DNA of 64,000 bases. It comes from Basidiobolus meristosporus CBS 931.73. Lineage: Eukaryota; Fungi; Basidiobolomycota. Every line of letters starts with the position of its first letter. Within the stretch, counting starts at the first letter, position 1. Under the pieces are notes generated by a model. That model was not told the origin of the DNA. It saw nothing but the letters and a program-made list of their open reading frames with translations, and did no database searches. Below are positions 11,026-23,397 of this stretch, in pieces. The stretch is from positions 1 through 64,000 of the forward strand of contig MCFE01000387.1 in the NCBI GenBank assembly GCA_002104905.1, written 5' to 3'. Made by a program: the position numbers and the translations under genes.

Positions 11026-12302
11026 ATGTTGGATACCGCTGGGAACACCTTTCTTGAGCTTCGGGTCGAGTGCCAGTAAGTTTCCTGCATCCAAAGGTCT
11101 CACTAAGGAATTCGGCATAAACTGGACCTCTTCGTCCATTTAGAATGTTGCCGAAGCTCGACTTCTTCTCTGAATCGGATCCAGTAGTAATTATGAGCTT
11201 GAGAAGTGACGAGCCTCCAAATCTCTGGCTGGAGTTTGGTAGAACTGAAGTGATTCAAGATACCCCTAATCCGCGGTTTACCAAGTGCTTTGTTTTGAGA
11301 GGAAAGGAAACGCAACTTAGGTTGAATCTCTCAAGACCACTTGATATGCTTTCAATCTTACCGTCTCTTTTGAAAACAGATTCGACGCTTTCGACATTGA
11401 CAATGAATCGGACAACATGGAGGAGCAAGACTATATAGGATTCCTGGAGACCTCTCTCGAAGATATATGTATGCGATATATTTCATTCTGTCCATGGCGA
11501 GATCTCACCGGATATGTTCAATTGAAGTGTTGACGAAGGGTAGAATACTGACTCAACCCTTAATCAATCCCGAGAGAGACTTCTCTGGAGAGATCACATT
11601 GATTGCTGAAGAAATGGCTGATACCCCCGAAAAAGTCACGTAAGATGAATTGTTTCCGACAACCTGAGAGGATGGATTGACAGGACTCTTCATTAGATTT
11701 CGATTTGCAGCGGAGAGCATTGAGGTTAATGTAAGAACAACCTCAACGATGCTTGTAGTGCGACCTCCAGATTAACACCCTCTAGCATGCTTCATATTTC
11801 TTTGAGATCTATCGCCGGCGTAAAGGTTTGATAACAATCTGATGAAGAAACCATCGCTCCACTCACAATTGAAATCATCAAGACGGGCGTTCTGTCGTAG
11901 TTTATCGGAGTAATCCTTGCAAAAAATCATCTAGCATCACTTGGGAGCCGTTTACCAGTAGGTTTGTTGACTTGGCTGCTATTTATGGAAATGCTGAAAG
12001 CCCTCTTCAGTCTCATTAGGGATGCTCGTCTACGGCGACTTATACCAAGACTTTACGGTGCAGCTATTCGGTTTCAATAAGAACGGCGGTAATATATACG
12101 CAGTACATCCAAGCGAAGCAACGAAAACTAACGACCATGTGCGATAGATCACCCGCCACTTGGGGCAGCTAAAACTTCCATAATTGAGCTTAAGAATGCC
12201 ACAGAGGCGGCGCCTTGTTCCTTTGACATGGTTGGCGAGTGGCGAGATGGAGCAGAAAGAGTGGGCTGTCTGCTCGTAAAGGAGTGTCAAGTCGCACTAT
12301 AG
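11026..12302 (+). CDS. Copine-like tandem C2-domain protein with no vWA domain; multi-exon
   Basis: MLDTAGNTFLELRVECQ/MLPKLDFFSESDP..EFGRTEVIQDTPNPRFTKCF..RFDAFDID..QDYIGFLETSL (copine C2A-like); second C2 VVYRSNPCKKSSSITWEPF..GDLYQDFTVQLFGFNKNG..; stop TAG at 12300-12302. Start codon uncertain. Confidence 0.7.
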
Positions 12303-12939
12303 CGCCTCCACATCTACTTCCATGCCCCCTCGAATCATGAATAAACTCAGTGATATCGTCAATCTAATTATCGTTGCTTCAGATAATCACATCCCTGAGG
12401 TTGGTATCATAAGATGCGCTTAAAGATCAGTCGGCATTGATGCAATGTACCCGACTAACTAGAGGCATCACAGTGCTGGAGTAAAGCAAGGAAAGTGACG
12501 TATGATTGATCACTGGGCAGTTCAACAACACATTCCCTTGAAAAATTCCATCCAGAAATCACGATTGAATTTGTTTGGTCAAGACAAGCAGGCCCTTTGC
12601 CTCTTTTTCCATTTTCTCTACATTGACTGAACTGAGGTTTTTTTGTCCTTCGTCCCGTGCAAGAAAATTTTTCATCACCGTTTCCCCGTTGTTGCACAGC
12701 TTCCCCCAAGACCAAAGTTCAGTGGTAACCATCCTTCCCTCTCATCCCCTTTAACATCGTGATTTGACCTTGCCCAAATTGGTTTATGCTGTTCCTTGAG
12801 TCAACCTAAATTTCCCACCAATACAAAGGTACCTCTCTCACTCTTTTTCCACTAGGCTTGTGACCATTCATAACTGTCGTGCACGAACGAAGAGCTTCTT
12901 GTCGGTTTACTTATTTCCCCTTCTGAACAGTAATCCAAG

Positions 12940-14462
12940 ATGCCACCCACCACGCATTATCACCATTCAAATAAACGCGACCGTTCCAACAGAGAAAAAG
13001 AGCGAGATTCCAGTCTGTCAGAGGAAAAATATCGCAAAATAAAGCGCAAGCTAAAGGAGGTGCTAGAGGTGAGAGTCAACCCAGCTGCTCAGCAAATCAA
13101 TTCAGTGTCGAGGCCGTGCTAACAACTGCCCTCTTGCGAAGGAAAATGATAAAGTCGTGGAGCAATTAGACAAAAGTAAAAGACAGATTCTCCGCTTGAG
13201 ACGGGAGAGAAAGTGTGCCCCTTGGTAAAAAATATTCATTTATTGACGTGATCCTGACTTCGTTTTGTTGTAGTCTATTACTAGAACGCATCGCAAAACT
13301 CGAAGATTCCGACTCGTCCAACATGTCAAGTTTGTCCTCTACCTCTGATTCCGAGGCTTCTGGTAGGCCAAATCTTGCTGACGTGCTTTAATCCAACCGC
13401 TAACCGTTAGTCACCTTCTAGATGATCATTTGTCCCAACGCAGTCCGCCAAAAAGAAAATCTGATAAAGCAGCACGTATCGTTAGTAGCACCAAACGTAG
13501 CGCCCCTACGACACCTGTTGCACCAGCACCAGTCAAAAAGAGACGTAAGAAGCGCAGCGAGATGAAGCCTCGTCGCGTTCAGCAGCTCGATAAAGACGAG
13601 AACGGAAACTACGTTCTTCCCGTCCAAATTGGTATCCTCACAGTCATCAGTCTTGGTAAAGTAGAATGGGAGCGGGATACCTTCCACAATGATAGATATA
13701 TCTGGCCCATTGGCTATACCGTCAGAAGGTTAGCATCATCCTTCGGTTCAACCCGGCTACCACTTGCACACGGACTTACATTTGTGCGTTAACTATAGAA
13801 CATACAGCTCCATGGTCGACCCCGAGAAGCAAACCACCTATGTGTGCAGCATTTCCGATGGTGGGGATGGGCCCAGGGTAAGTGAATCTCGTGTGATGTA
13901 AACGATTCAATATTGACCTTGTTGAACTTGCCAACAGTTTATCATTGAGCCCGAAGACCAAAACAACCCTATTATTGCGAACACTGCTACAGGTGCTTGG
14001 ACCACTGTCGTCAAGGTGGCGAACGCCATTCGCAAACGTGACCACAGCAATTCTGCATCGGGCCCTGATTACTATGGCTTCTCCCATCCAACCATAGCCA
14101 AAATGATCCAAGATCTCCCCGACACAGATAAATGTAAGAACTACGTGTGGCAAGAGTTCATTGTCATGCAAGGCCGTGGACCAGCGAATCGACCAAGATC
14201 ATTGCCAGCCACCCCAGTTCCAAACAAAAAGGAGGAGACCAGACCTGAGCCAGGTCACTCGGAAGAGGAAGATGCAGTCGAGGAGTTTGAAGAAGATTCC
14301 GACAACAACCTAGGCTCCTTCAATGAACAACCGAAAATCCGGCCCACCCACGGAGGCAAGAAGCCTTTAAGCTCACTAATCGGAAGGGACTCGAGCCCCA
14401 TCAGCTCAGGGGAAGAACTCGAGGTGGATGAAGGCTCGGAATCGGAATTGGCGTCCGACTAA
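12940..14462 (+). CDS. FYRN/FYRC-domain chromatin protein (TBRG1/NIAM-like) with an INO80E-like N-terminal coiled coil; multi-exon
   Basis: EKYRKIKRKLKEVLEEND..ILRLRRERNLLLERI; FYRN LTVISLGKVEWERDTFHNDRYIWPIGYTVRR..YSSMVDP..CSISDGGDGPRF; FYRC SGPDYYGFSHPTIAKMIQDLPDTDKCKNY. Confidence 0.8.
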
Positions 14463-14848
14463 CGGCAACTAGTGTTTGTTTTTGGCAACAGATATAGACC
14501 CTTCTACGTTCCCTGTTTATTTTAGTCCTATGATCTCTTTTGAAATATATACATATATCTTGATACAACTGGTCCATCCAAATCGTAATATAGCAGTGTG
14601 TTTGGGTGGCATCCCGGCTTGATTGATCTTGGTCTATTGGGTCGTAGTTGATCAAGAAGTTAACCGTGATTTGCAAATAAACTGATGACGTTTTGTCAAA
14701 AATTTGGCTACTGTTAGCTCTTCACAACCTTGATTCTGACCACATCGCTATTTTCCTGAGGGAATATACATTTTTGGCAAGCTCTCAGCACTTCACCTAG
14801 ATAACCTCTCTCTCATCCCACCTTCACCTTCTAACCCAACCAGCCAAG

Positions 14849-16105
14849 ATGATTCTTCTCGAGCCCAACTCTATGATTCTGGAGGACACCCTCTTCAAAA
14901 TCCTCAACAGGTACTTGGCAACATTTTGAGCCAGCCATCCGTACTGCCCTTTCCAATCAAGGCCCAAATCTTTTCATCTGACCTTGTTTTCTTTCGGTTT
15001 CCTTTCCATAGTGAAAAGCATGAGGTGGTGGATTTGATTCTTGCTGACTACGACTCTGTATCCTATCACATCTCCACCCCGGAGACCAAAACCCAGCTTC
15101 TCATCTCGATGGCCATGAAATGCTACAACGACCTCGAGCAATACGGAGCACGTGAAATCCTCGAACGTGAATTCAGCTCGTATGTGACTAATACCGAGCA
15201 GGGTTACAACTTCTCCCTTGCAGTGGACCTTGAGAACTTCTCCGAAGACAAAAGTAAGTGCTTCAACTTTCCCGTAAACCTCACTGGTTGCTTTTCGATA
15301 ACCATGTCCTCCCCACTGGTTACTAGCCGAGTTCTCCAAGAAGATTGGTCTCTTGAAACGCTACGCTTTCGCTGCACCTTTCGAAAGGGCATTCCAGGAA
15401 CAAGCAGCCGAGAACGCTAATGCTGACTTGATGACCATCAATTACCGCGAGAACGAGTCTTTCTACATCAAGCCCTCGGCCGACCGCGTTACTGTGGTCT
15501 TCTCCACCGAGTTCCAAGAGGAGATGGATCGTGTGTTTGGCAAAGTCTTCTTGCAAGTAAGTACCCCACCGGATATTCCTCGATGGCGCCAGTGTTTAAT
15601 CGGATGATTTGTCAGGAATTCGTTGATGCTCGCAGACAGCCAGCGATCCAAAACGCCCCACAAGTGCTCTACTCGAGCCGTGAGCCACCTCTAGAAATCC
15701 GCGGCATCCCAAAAACATCGGATTCCGAGGGCTTTGGCTACGTTACTTTTGGTAGAGACCGCTCTTATTTACTTCCATGCCGATTGCCACTAACTCCCCC
15801 CTTCACTCAGTCCTGTTTCCTAGACACTTCATAGAGGGAGATATCCGTGAGAACACCATCTCTCAAATCCAGCTGTTCCGTGATTACCTTCATTACCATA
15901 TCAAGTGCTCCAAAGCATACATGCACTCCCGCATGCGTCAGCGCGTTAGCGATTTCTTGAAGGTTCTAAATCGTGCCAAGCCAGAAGTGGCCAACGCCGA
16001 GAAGAAGACCATCACGTAAGTACTTGAGCAGTCCTCGTAAAAGTGACTCTGAACTAATGATTTCGACTTCGCGTTACTAGTGGTCGTAGCTTCCGACGCC
16101 AATAA
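14849..16105 (+). CDS. ARC35: Arp2/3 complex 34-kDa subunit (ARPC2); multi-exon
   Basis: [132 protein letters not shown]. Confidence 0.95.
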
Positions 16106-16443
16106 GTCATCAAAGCTTCGGAGAATGATGGTGGAGACACCCTTGAATGTCTAACCCACTTTTCCTCTCCGCCTAGTAACATGATTAATCCATATTGTCA
16201 ATAAACCCAAAACTATCCATAAACCACTGGTATCCTCGAATCGACTCCATTTTGCCCATTGGCCATAGGTCGAATGAAACCTACGGATTGGTAGAATGTG
16301 CACAAGCAGTCGGTGTCCATACGAAAACGAACTCGCAAAAAGAAACATGCATTATGATTTATGTTGTTTATTCAAGTATTACTACTCTAGACAGCAATCT
16401 CAAAATAGTCCGGCAGGAATATTCAAGAAAAACCACCGACCGT

Positions 16444-17200
16444 TTAGTAAAGACGTTGGGGCTTGCCCATGGAGGACTTGATGTAGAGGGACTTGACGTT
16501 TTGCCAGTTCTTCTTCAAGAGGGAAACCAAGAAGTTGACAGACAACATGATGTTACCGAGGATTTGGTCCTCAGTCATCTCAACGTGACCGACAGCAACA
16601 CCGAGGCAAAGAACCTTCTTAAGTTGGAACTTGATGGTGGAACGGAGCTCGTTGGCCTTGTCGGACAAGTTGTCGTTGTGGGAAACGGGGGTAGGGAACT
16701 TACCGGCCTTGTGGAGACCAGGACCCAAGAGACGGGGGATTTGCTTGATCAAGGCTTCGGAAGCAAGGAAAGCATCGTACTTCTTGGCGAGCTTCTTGAT
16801 GAGCTTCTTGTTCTTGTTCAACTTCTTGAGGTCTTCAACGGACATGGATTCCAAACCTTGTTCCTTGGCTTGATCGCAGTGATGAGCATCACCAAGAATG
16901 CAGACAGACATCTTGGGGCGGGGAACGTGGGGAAGCTTGACAGTTCCAGAGAAACGTTTATCACGTTGGGGATCGTAGTTCTTGAGACCGATTTGGAGCT
17001 CAACGGTTTCGGTGAACTTGCGTTGTTTCTCTTTGGATTCAGCCAAGAGAGTGCGGACGCATTCTCTGACAGCGGCGACGGAGACCTTGCTGGGAATCGA
17101 TAAATATACAGTTAGCTCATGCACATCACATCAGCACACCCGCGTCATCAACGGATGGATTGTCGATTCGCGATGGATATTGTGGAATAACATACCTCAT
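16444..17200 (-). CDS. RPL1: 60S ribosomal protein uL1 (L10a)
   Basis: MS/intron/[71 protein letters not shown]. Confidence 0.97.
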
Positions 17201-17478
17201 GTTGACGATTTACTGTCTGAACAGAAAAGGAGGTGGAATGGAGAAATGGCGTCAGGCTTTTATTACTCTACCTAACAGGGCTCCTGGAATTAGGGGCCTT
17301 TTTTTTCCACCTAAAATGCTGATTTTCGTTTTTTTTTTCATCCTCATCATCCATGCTCACCGACACCCACGGGCTCTTTCTAATTCTCTTTATTCATTAA
17401 TAAATAACTCTTTCTAAATCATGGATTTGAGGATCGATAGGGAATAAAAATTAACCACATTCTGGACCATGGATGGAG

Positions 17479-17938
17479 TTACTGCTCGCATATCGTGAAT
17501 TTTCCGGATTCTGCTTTACATATCTGGCCATCCTTGGTGATGCCACGAACCTCCAGGACGTGTTCGACATTGGGGATGAAGTCCTTGGGTAACTGTACAG
17601 TTGTCTGGCCCAACTTGCTGGGCACATTCTCGCTTTGAAGTACAACCGAGCGACTCGAGGACGCTCCATCACTCTCTACTTTACTAACCAGCTCGACGTT
17701 TACTATTTGTTCTACACACGAGTCACCTAGAGCCCACTTTATGGTTTGTGGGGTACCCGCGCCAAGCTTCAAATCCTTGGCACACGCGTTAGGGCTGGTT
17801 ATCGCGAAGCCTAAAAGATGCTGTTGAGCAATGTGACGCCTACTGAAAAGGCGGACAAACCTTACCTGCACACCCGTCAGCAGCGAAAACGGAGCTGGCT
17901 GAGGAAACAATAGACAAGAAAAGGACGGCGAGTCTCAT
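17479..17938 (-). CDS. Small secreted protein, probable Kre9/Knh1 N-terminal-like Ig fold; 2 exons
   Basis: Exon 1 is a signal peptide, MRLAVLFLSIVSSASSVFAADGCA, followed by a GTAAGG..TTTAG intron; then GFAITSP..TIKWAL..VNVELV..GQTTVQLP..CKAESGKFTICEQ*. The ITSP..W..SGxFTI pattern fits that fungal family. Confidence 0.65.
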
Positions 17939-18844
17939 TATAAGAGTAGTTGGTTTGGGGGATATGTTTTATCTGGAGCGTATCAAGGTTGCGTGTCAGA
18001 GGAAGTGGTTTTGCTTCTCTATATATACTCGTTCCGCCTCAGATATGTTGGAGCCTCAGTAAGGTCAGGTTAGGTGCATTATTGAAGCTGACTCTACATA
18101 CGGAAGCTCTAATGCCACTCTCCACACCAGAACAAACCAGTATATAGTATGCAGCATTCATCCCATTTCTCACTTTGATCACATCCCTGCTTCACTGATT
18201 CCCTATTCGAGAATTTTCCGGTCACCATATTCCTTCCCTTGGTCGGAGGATTTTTCAAACCATGCATTTGCTGAGGTGGGGATGGTACGTTGGATATCTA
18301 TTAGATATTTGACACCTCGTCCATGTCTTAAAGCACTGGGCCAGATTGATCTATACGTATATATCTCATCAGTCGGTGTATTTACCCAAACTTGAAGGGG
18401 CAACGAGACACAATAAATCACTGGAGACGTCCACTGTTCCATGGCTGCTGGATGAATAAACATACTAATCCCTGGGAGAGCATGATTCCAAATACGGTTA
18501 GTGTTTTGCATAGAATCCAACTGATCATCAAGCCTTCACAGATCTAGACGATATAAATGGGCGTTACACCTGACTTGAAACATACATCGTGGTGACTGTA
18601 GGAGGGTGAATCAGAATGGTGGAAATTCTGAATAATGGGGGGCAAGCCACATAGGATACTCTATAAAGTAATCATCGCTTTGGAAGTTGGGGTATCTTAA
18701 GAGCAGTTACGTGTAAAGTGGGAAAATCATTCGTACGACTAAACTTCATTCCACTATTTATACATCCACTGCTGCCCTGCGCTTAGTCCTCGGTCGTAAT
18801 TTTGGGAATTCTTTTGTACATTATTTTCAATCACTTGCATAAAC

Positions 18845-19326
18845 ATGTATTTAGTTCAGAAATTGTCACCTGCAACCAAGCCTTTGGCAGGTTCAGCATC
18901 CCCTTTGGTCGCAAGGTTCAGAGGGTGTGGCGGATTTGTTCACGGAAAAATCTTCTCCACTTTTCCCGCCAACTCCACCACCTCCGAAGATGATTGGGAT
19001 GACCTTCCAAACCATTCAAAAAGCATTACTTTCACCCAAAAGTATCAGCCTGCCAACTCTGCTTCGGGTTCCATCCGTTCCACATCCTGTTCGGGACTAG
19101 ATCTTACCCCTAATTTATTGGTGCAACAAATGCTCTTCAATCCTGACTCCGAACCAAAGAGTAAGTTTTCATTTGGGTGTTACCACACGATTCACTATTG
19201 ACTCCTTCTCTTTGCACCTCAGAGCATATCACAGCAGATAAAGATGACGACGACGAATACTTCGTTTCTGGCGCACCCACTACACTATTCTACACTTCTC
19301 CATCTCCGGTGTCGCCTTCTCTTTAA
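18845..19326 (+). CDS. Hypothetical Ser/Pro-rich protein, possible mitochondrial presequence; 2 exons
   Basis: ORF MYLVQKLSPATKPLAGSASPLVARFRG..SEDDWDDLP..FNPDSEPK spliced (GTAAGT..CTCAG) in frame to KHITADKDDDDEYFVSGAP..SPSL*. Confidence 0.5.
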
Positions 19327-19914
19327 GCGTACTTATTTTGCAATTTATCAGTCAAAGGGGTCACTGGTCTGAATTTCTACTTTCTATCTTGTACATTTCC
19401 AAAGCAAAATCATTGTTAATACCTCCTATCCATGAAGACCACACATAGTGATTTTTTTGTACCGTCTAGTACTATTTGCACAAATATACAATAAATACTA
19501 TTATTCAGCCTCAAAGATATCCCAGATAGACAGTCATGAATAGCCTGTTAACAAGAAAGGGCAGCCCTTCCCACTCGAGCTGCCTACCTCAACCATTTAT
19601 GAGGGTAGATTTAGCTATAGCAGAGAACCAAATCGCCACCAAAAATACGAAATATCTGGTTACATTAAATCATCAACACCATCCGTTTTATCTGTAAAAT
19701 GGGGGGGGGGGCTGTGGGTAATCGATATATCGAATGAAATGGCTGAATGTAGAGCACAAAAAATACACACTGTAAATGAAAGACGCATGGAGGCAATAAT
19801 GTTACGAGAATCGAACGAGAGGTCAATAGTATTCACAATTTGAAGAGAGGAAAATAGATTTGGGAGAAAGGTATCCAAGGCAAAGCAGGGGTAGGTCGGG
19901 ATCAGGGATAGATA

Positions 19915-22521
19915 TTAACGTCGACGTCTGCTCCTCTTTCGTTTGCGGTTTTTCACTCTCTCCAAAGTATTTGGTGGGTCCTCCAACATATCATCATTAG
20001 CAGGCACACAAAAAAGAGCCAGAAGCGGGTCGGTGTCCTGACCAACTTCTCTTCCTTCCTCGTATTCGTTCAAATTATGACTGGTAGCATAATTATGAAC
20101 ATGCGAATCAAGTACAGGGTACAACAAGGGTGAGCAGCCATGGTTGATGACAATCTTTCCAGTTGTATTTCTTTTGGCAACATTCAGCGTATGATCACTC
20201 AATAGGGTGGTGTTTGGCGTTTTCATGGCAGAAGACACTGAAAGCTTTGGCGCACTTGTACGACGACGACTGCGTCGGAAAGTTCCAATGGGGATGCGAT
20301 CCCATCGTGATAAAGCTTGCAAATACTCCTGGTACTGCTTAGAGCTTGGCTCGGGTGAGGGTGACCGAGACGAAGACGAACTATAGAGCTTTTCGGTATC
20401 GACCACCTCATCGATTGGAATAATCGTAGGTGGATCAGTCTCGCTCACCTTGTCCGAACCAGCTCCAACGGAACTGTTTCTTCGCCGCTTTCCTGCGGAT
20501 GACTAAAGTGATATGAAAGTCAGATTCTTACAATTTGGCTCGTAACAGAATTCAATTGGAACTTACAATAGAATTAGAAGTCAGGGATGAAATGTTTGAT
20601 GTCTGATGTCTTGATTGAGCCGGTGTTGGCAATGGGCTCGGATCTTCATTAGTGCCGTTGGGCCTAGAATACAGCTGCTGATTTGAGAGAGATGTGGATA
20701 GTAACGAGGGCGGTGGTGGATTAAGCGGTACGGTATTTATAGCACCAAGTTGATGCGATGTCATAAGGAGAGGGTCTGCTGGGGACGTTAAGGCGGAATG
20801 ATTGGCGTTGGCGGTCGTAAAATCCGAGAGCGACGAAGACGTGGAGGCTAGCCCAATCAAGGCTTTTGGAGGGGTTTCTAACTTCGGCACAACAGCATGG
20901 CTCGCAGAATCATAATCAGATAGGAGAGTCAGCGAGTAAGCGTTAGCCATAAGTAGTCGCGTCATGTCGGTCTGGGATCCAGCACTATCTGACGACTCGG
21001 TATCAGACCATCCTGATGGAAAATCCGAGTACTCTTCAAAACTGGAGGACTCCCATCCTGTCCTTGTGAAAGGTGCTTCTTCCACCAAATCCTCCATAGT
21101 TTCAACCGCAGTTTCGTTGAATTCCATTGGAATCTCCGGCATGTCATCAGATTCCGCTTCATCTGAGCTATCGGTCAATCCCTCAATGTCCACGAAATCC
21201 GAAGAAACGCAGCTGAGGGACCCGAGTTCATCCTCACGAGAGTCGTCGACCACTATGTCTATCATCAACGTCGTATCACTCTGGAAGAATGTCGCTGAAT
21301 GGTTAACACCGGGCAATCAGGAAAAGAGTCGAATTGCCGGAAACGCTGCTTACCTCTGCTTCGAGAATACTTGGTTTGACATTGTTTTTGGATTTGCAAT
21401 CGATGACTTCGTCCTCTGCTTCTTTTTTTTCTTTTGCTGGGAGCTTTTTGCTTTACTCCTCTTGTTGTTTTTGGCTTTCCTTTGAGATCTCACCCACTCC
21501 TGCTTGTTATCCGAGTCCTCCGAGTCCGTTGTTATGGATAATGCGCTAATAGAGAATCGACGCCTACGTGTAGGCATTTTTTTCCGGGATATCAAACTAG
21601 AATCCGGTCCGTCGCTTTTGTGCGTTTGGGCCTTTTTGACGTTGCTTCCCATCCCACACGTGCATTCAAGTTCACACACGGGGCATATATCATCGCCATC
21701 CAAATCATCTTCGAGCACATCTATAGTTTCTTCTATATCAGAGCTTGCCTCTAGTTTAATAATAGACCCGGAGAACTCCGGTGATTGGGGTCGTTTAGAG
21801 CCTAGAATGCACGGTTGGTTAAATTGATAATTGACATAGGTACCCTGTCTTCCTCCACTATACCTGGTATACGTTTGGCTTGTATTTTGTTGTCTTCGCT
21901 CAGAATCACTGAGCCAGGGTGTAGCATAGATCTATTTAACGAAGTCAAACAAACTGTGCAATAGTGATGCTGATCAACACTACTATCATCGGGAGTCAAA
22001 CCTACACAGTCTCCGTGAAACCATTCTAAATGTGAGAAACTACATTAAGTATGGCGGTGATATTGAGTAAAAGGATAGTTAGATCAACTACCTTGACAAC
22101 CATCACATTCCACCATCAATTCAACTCCGTCGTAGCCATTCCGACAAAAACAATAGACAGGCTGACCCTGTGCGTCAGCCTTTATGGGTCGAGACACCGC
22201 TCTAGGTGAATATTCCAGCTCTTCATCGGAGTGAAATAAATTACGGGTGGTGGACGATTGGGGAACCGCCTCTTGGGGGAAGAAACTTTTCGTAGCAGAC
22301 ATGCTCGAGGTGTAAGGAGCTTTTCTTGGGTAGTTTGAGGGGATTTTGCGAGGGAGTATTTGGAGGTGTGGTTCGGAATCATCGTCTTCATCGTCGGAAG
22401 AGAGGGACGAATTGGACGACAGCTCACTACCGGAAATATCGACATCTTCTGGCGAGTACGTACTTGCGTGGTTACGAAACCGGGTGTTATTTGTGTGGAA
22501 ATTGATGTCTCGAGTGCTCAT
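19915..22521 (-). CDS. Large low-complexity nuclear protein with an N-terminal PHD finger; multi-exon
   Basis: PHD split by an intron: VYCFCRNGYDGVELMVECDGCQG/WFHGDCVGLTPDD..YCTVC. Later DDICPVCELECTC, long acidic/Ser tracts, RWDRIPIGTFRRSRRR and a basic C-terminus RKRKRSRRRR. Confidence 0.7.
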
Positions 22522-23397
22522 AGCAGCAACCAACATTTCCGTTCGAAACTCTATCCACTTTATTGACGCTTGTAATGCCTGACAAACCTCTTATTAAAGC
22601 CGTGCTGTTCGGTGGAAAATACGATGAGCCTGGTAAGGAGGGCTTTCGGGGGGAGTGTCGTTTTCTTAGCTTTCAATTGAACTGTAGCGTCTTATGTGAC
22701 GAAAACTATGGGACTTGATATTTCCAAGAGAAAGCCACCTAGCCATCAAAAAAAAAGTGGAACTACGACGATTATAATCATGTTTAACGAAATTTGAAAT
22801 ACCTAAAGATCTCCAGATAAAAGAAGTAATGTAATTCGTTGGCTCGAGATTACCAGAGAGATTTTTTTATTTGAAAGGAACGTTTTCGTCGGATTTCTTG
22901 ATTAGCGCTGTGAGCTCTTCATCCACCCAGGCCAGTCCAAATTAGTTCTCGATAATTGGCTACTTCGTAACTCTCTTGATCGAGGAAAAAAATGGGAGCT
23001 GCTTCCACCTTGAATATAATACAATGGCAAAAGGCATGGTTTAATTGTAATCATGGCTCAGTTTAAGCCAACCTAGACCCATATTTTTAATCAACTTGTC
23101 CAAATTTATCGCTCTTATTAATGAATATCCCATATATCAGTATCATTTGTAATATTCGAGTGCCAAATTTTTACATGTGGTAGTCGATAAGCTCAAGCTT
23201 AGAACTTATATAATACCTACCTTGGTTCGTTTGGTTTACGTTATCAGATAGTTATGAACTTCACTAGCAAACGTATCGGCTCGGCTCTATGGAGTCTTGG
23301 AAGGTAAGATGGGTGATGAGTTTCCCCATCAACGTCACTTCCTAACCTTCTTGCTATCAAATATAGCCGCCAGTCCACACATACCTTGAGAAGGGGC

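Noticed and set aside
16195-17103. Long antisense ORFs over RPL1 (302 aa), and similar ones over calmodulin, ILV3, the PILS carrier and RPS3
   Set aside because: Typical by-product of codon bias in highly expressed genes; no recognisable motifs.
17096-17195. TGATGA..CTGA in the RPL1 intron as a second snoRNA
   Set aside because: The boxes are only about 10 nt apart and there is no terminal stem.
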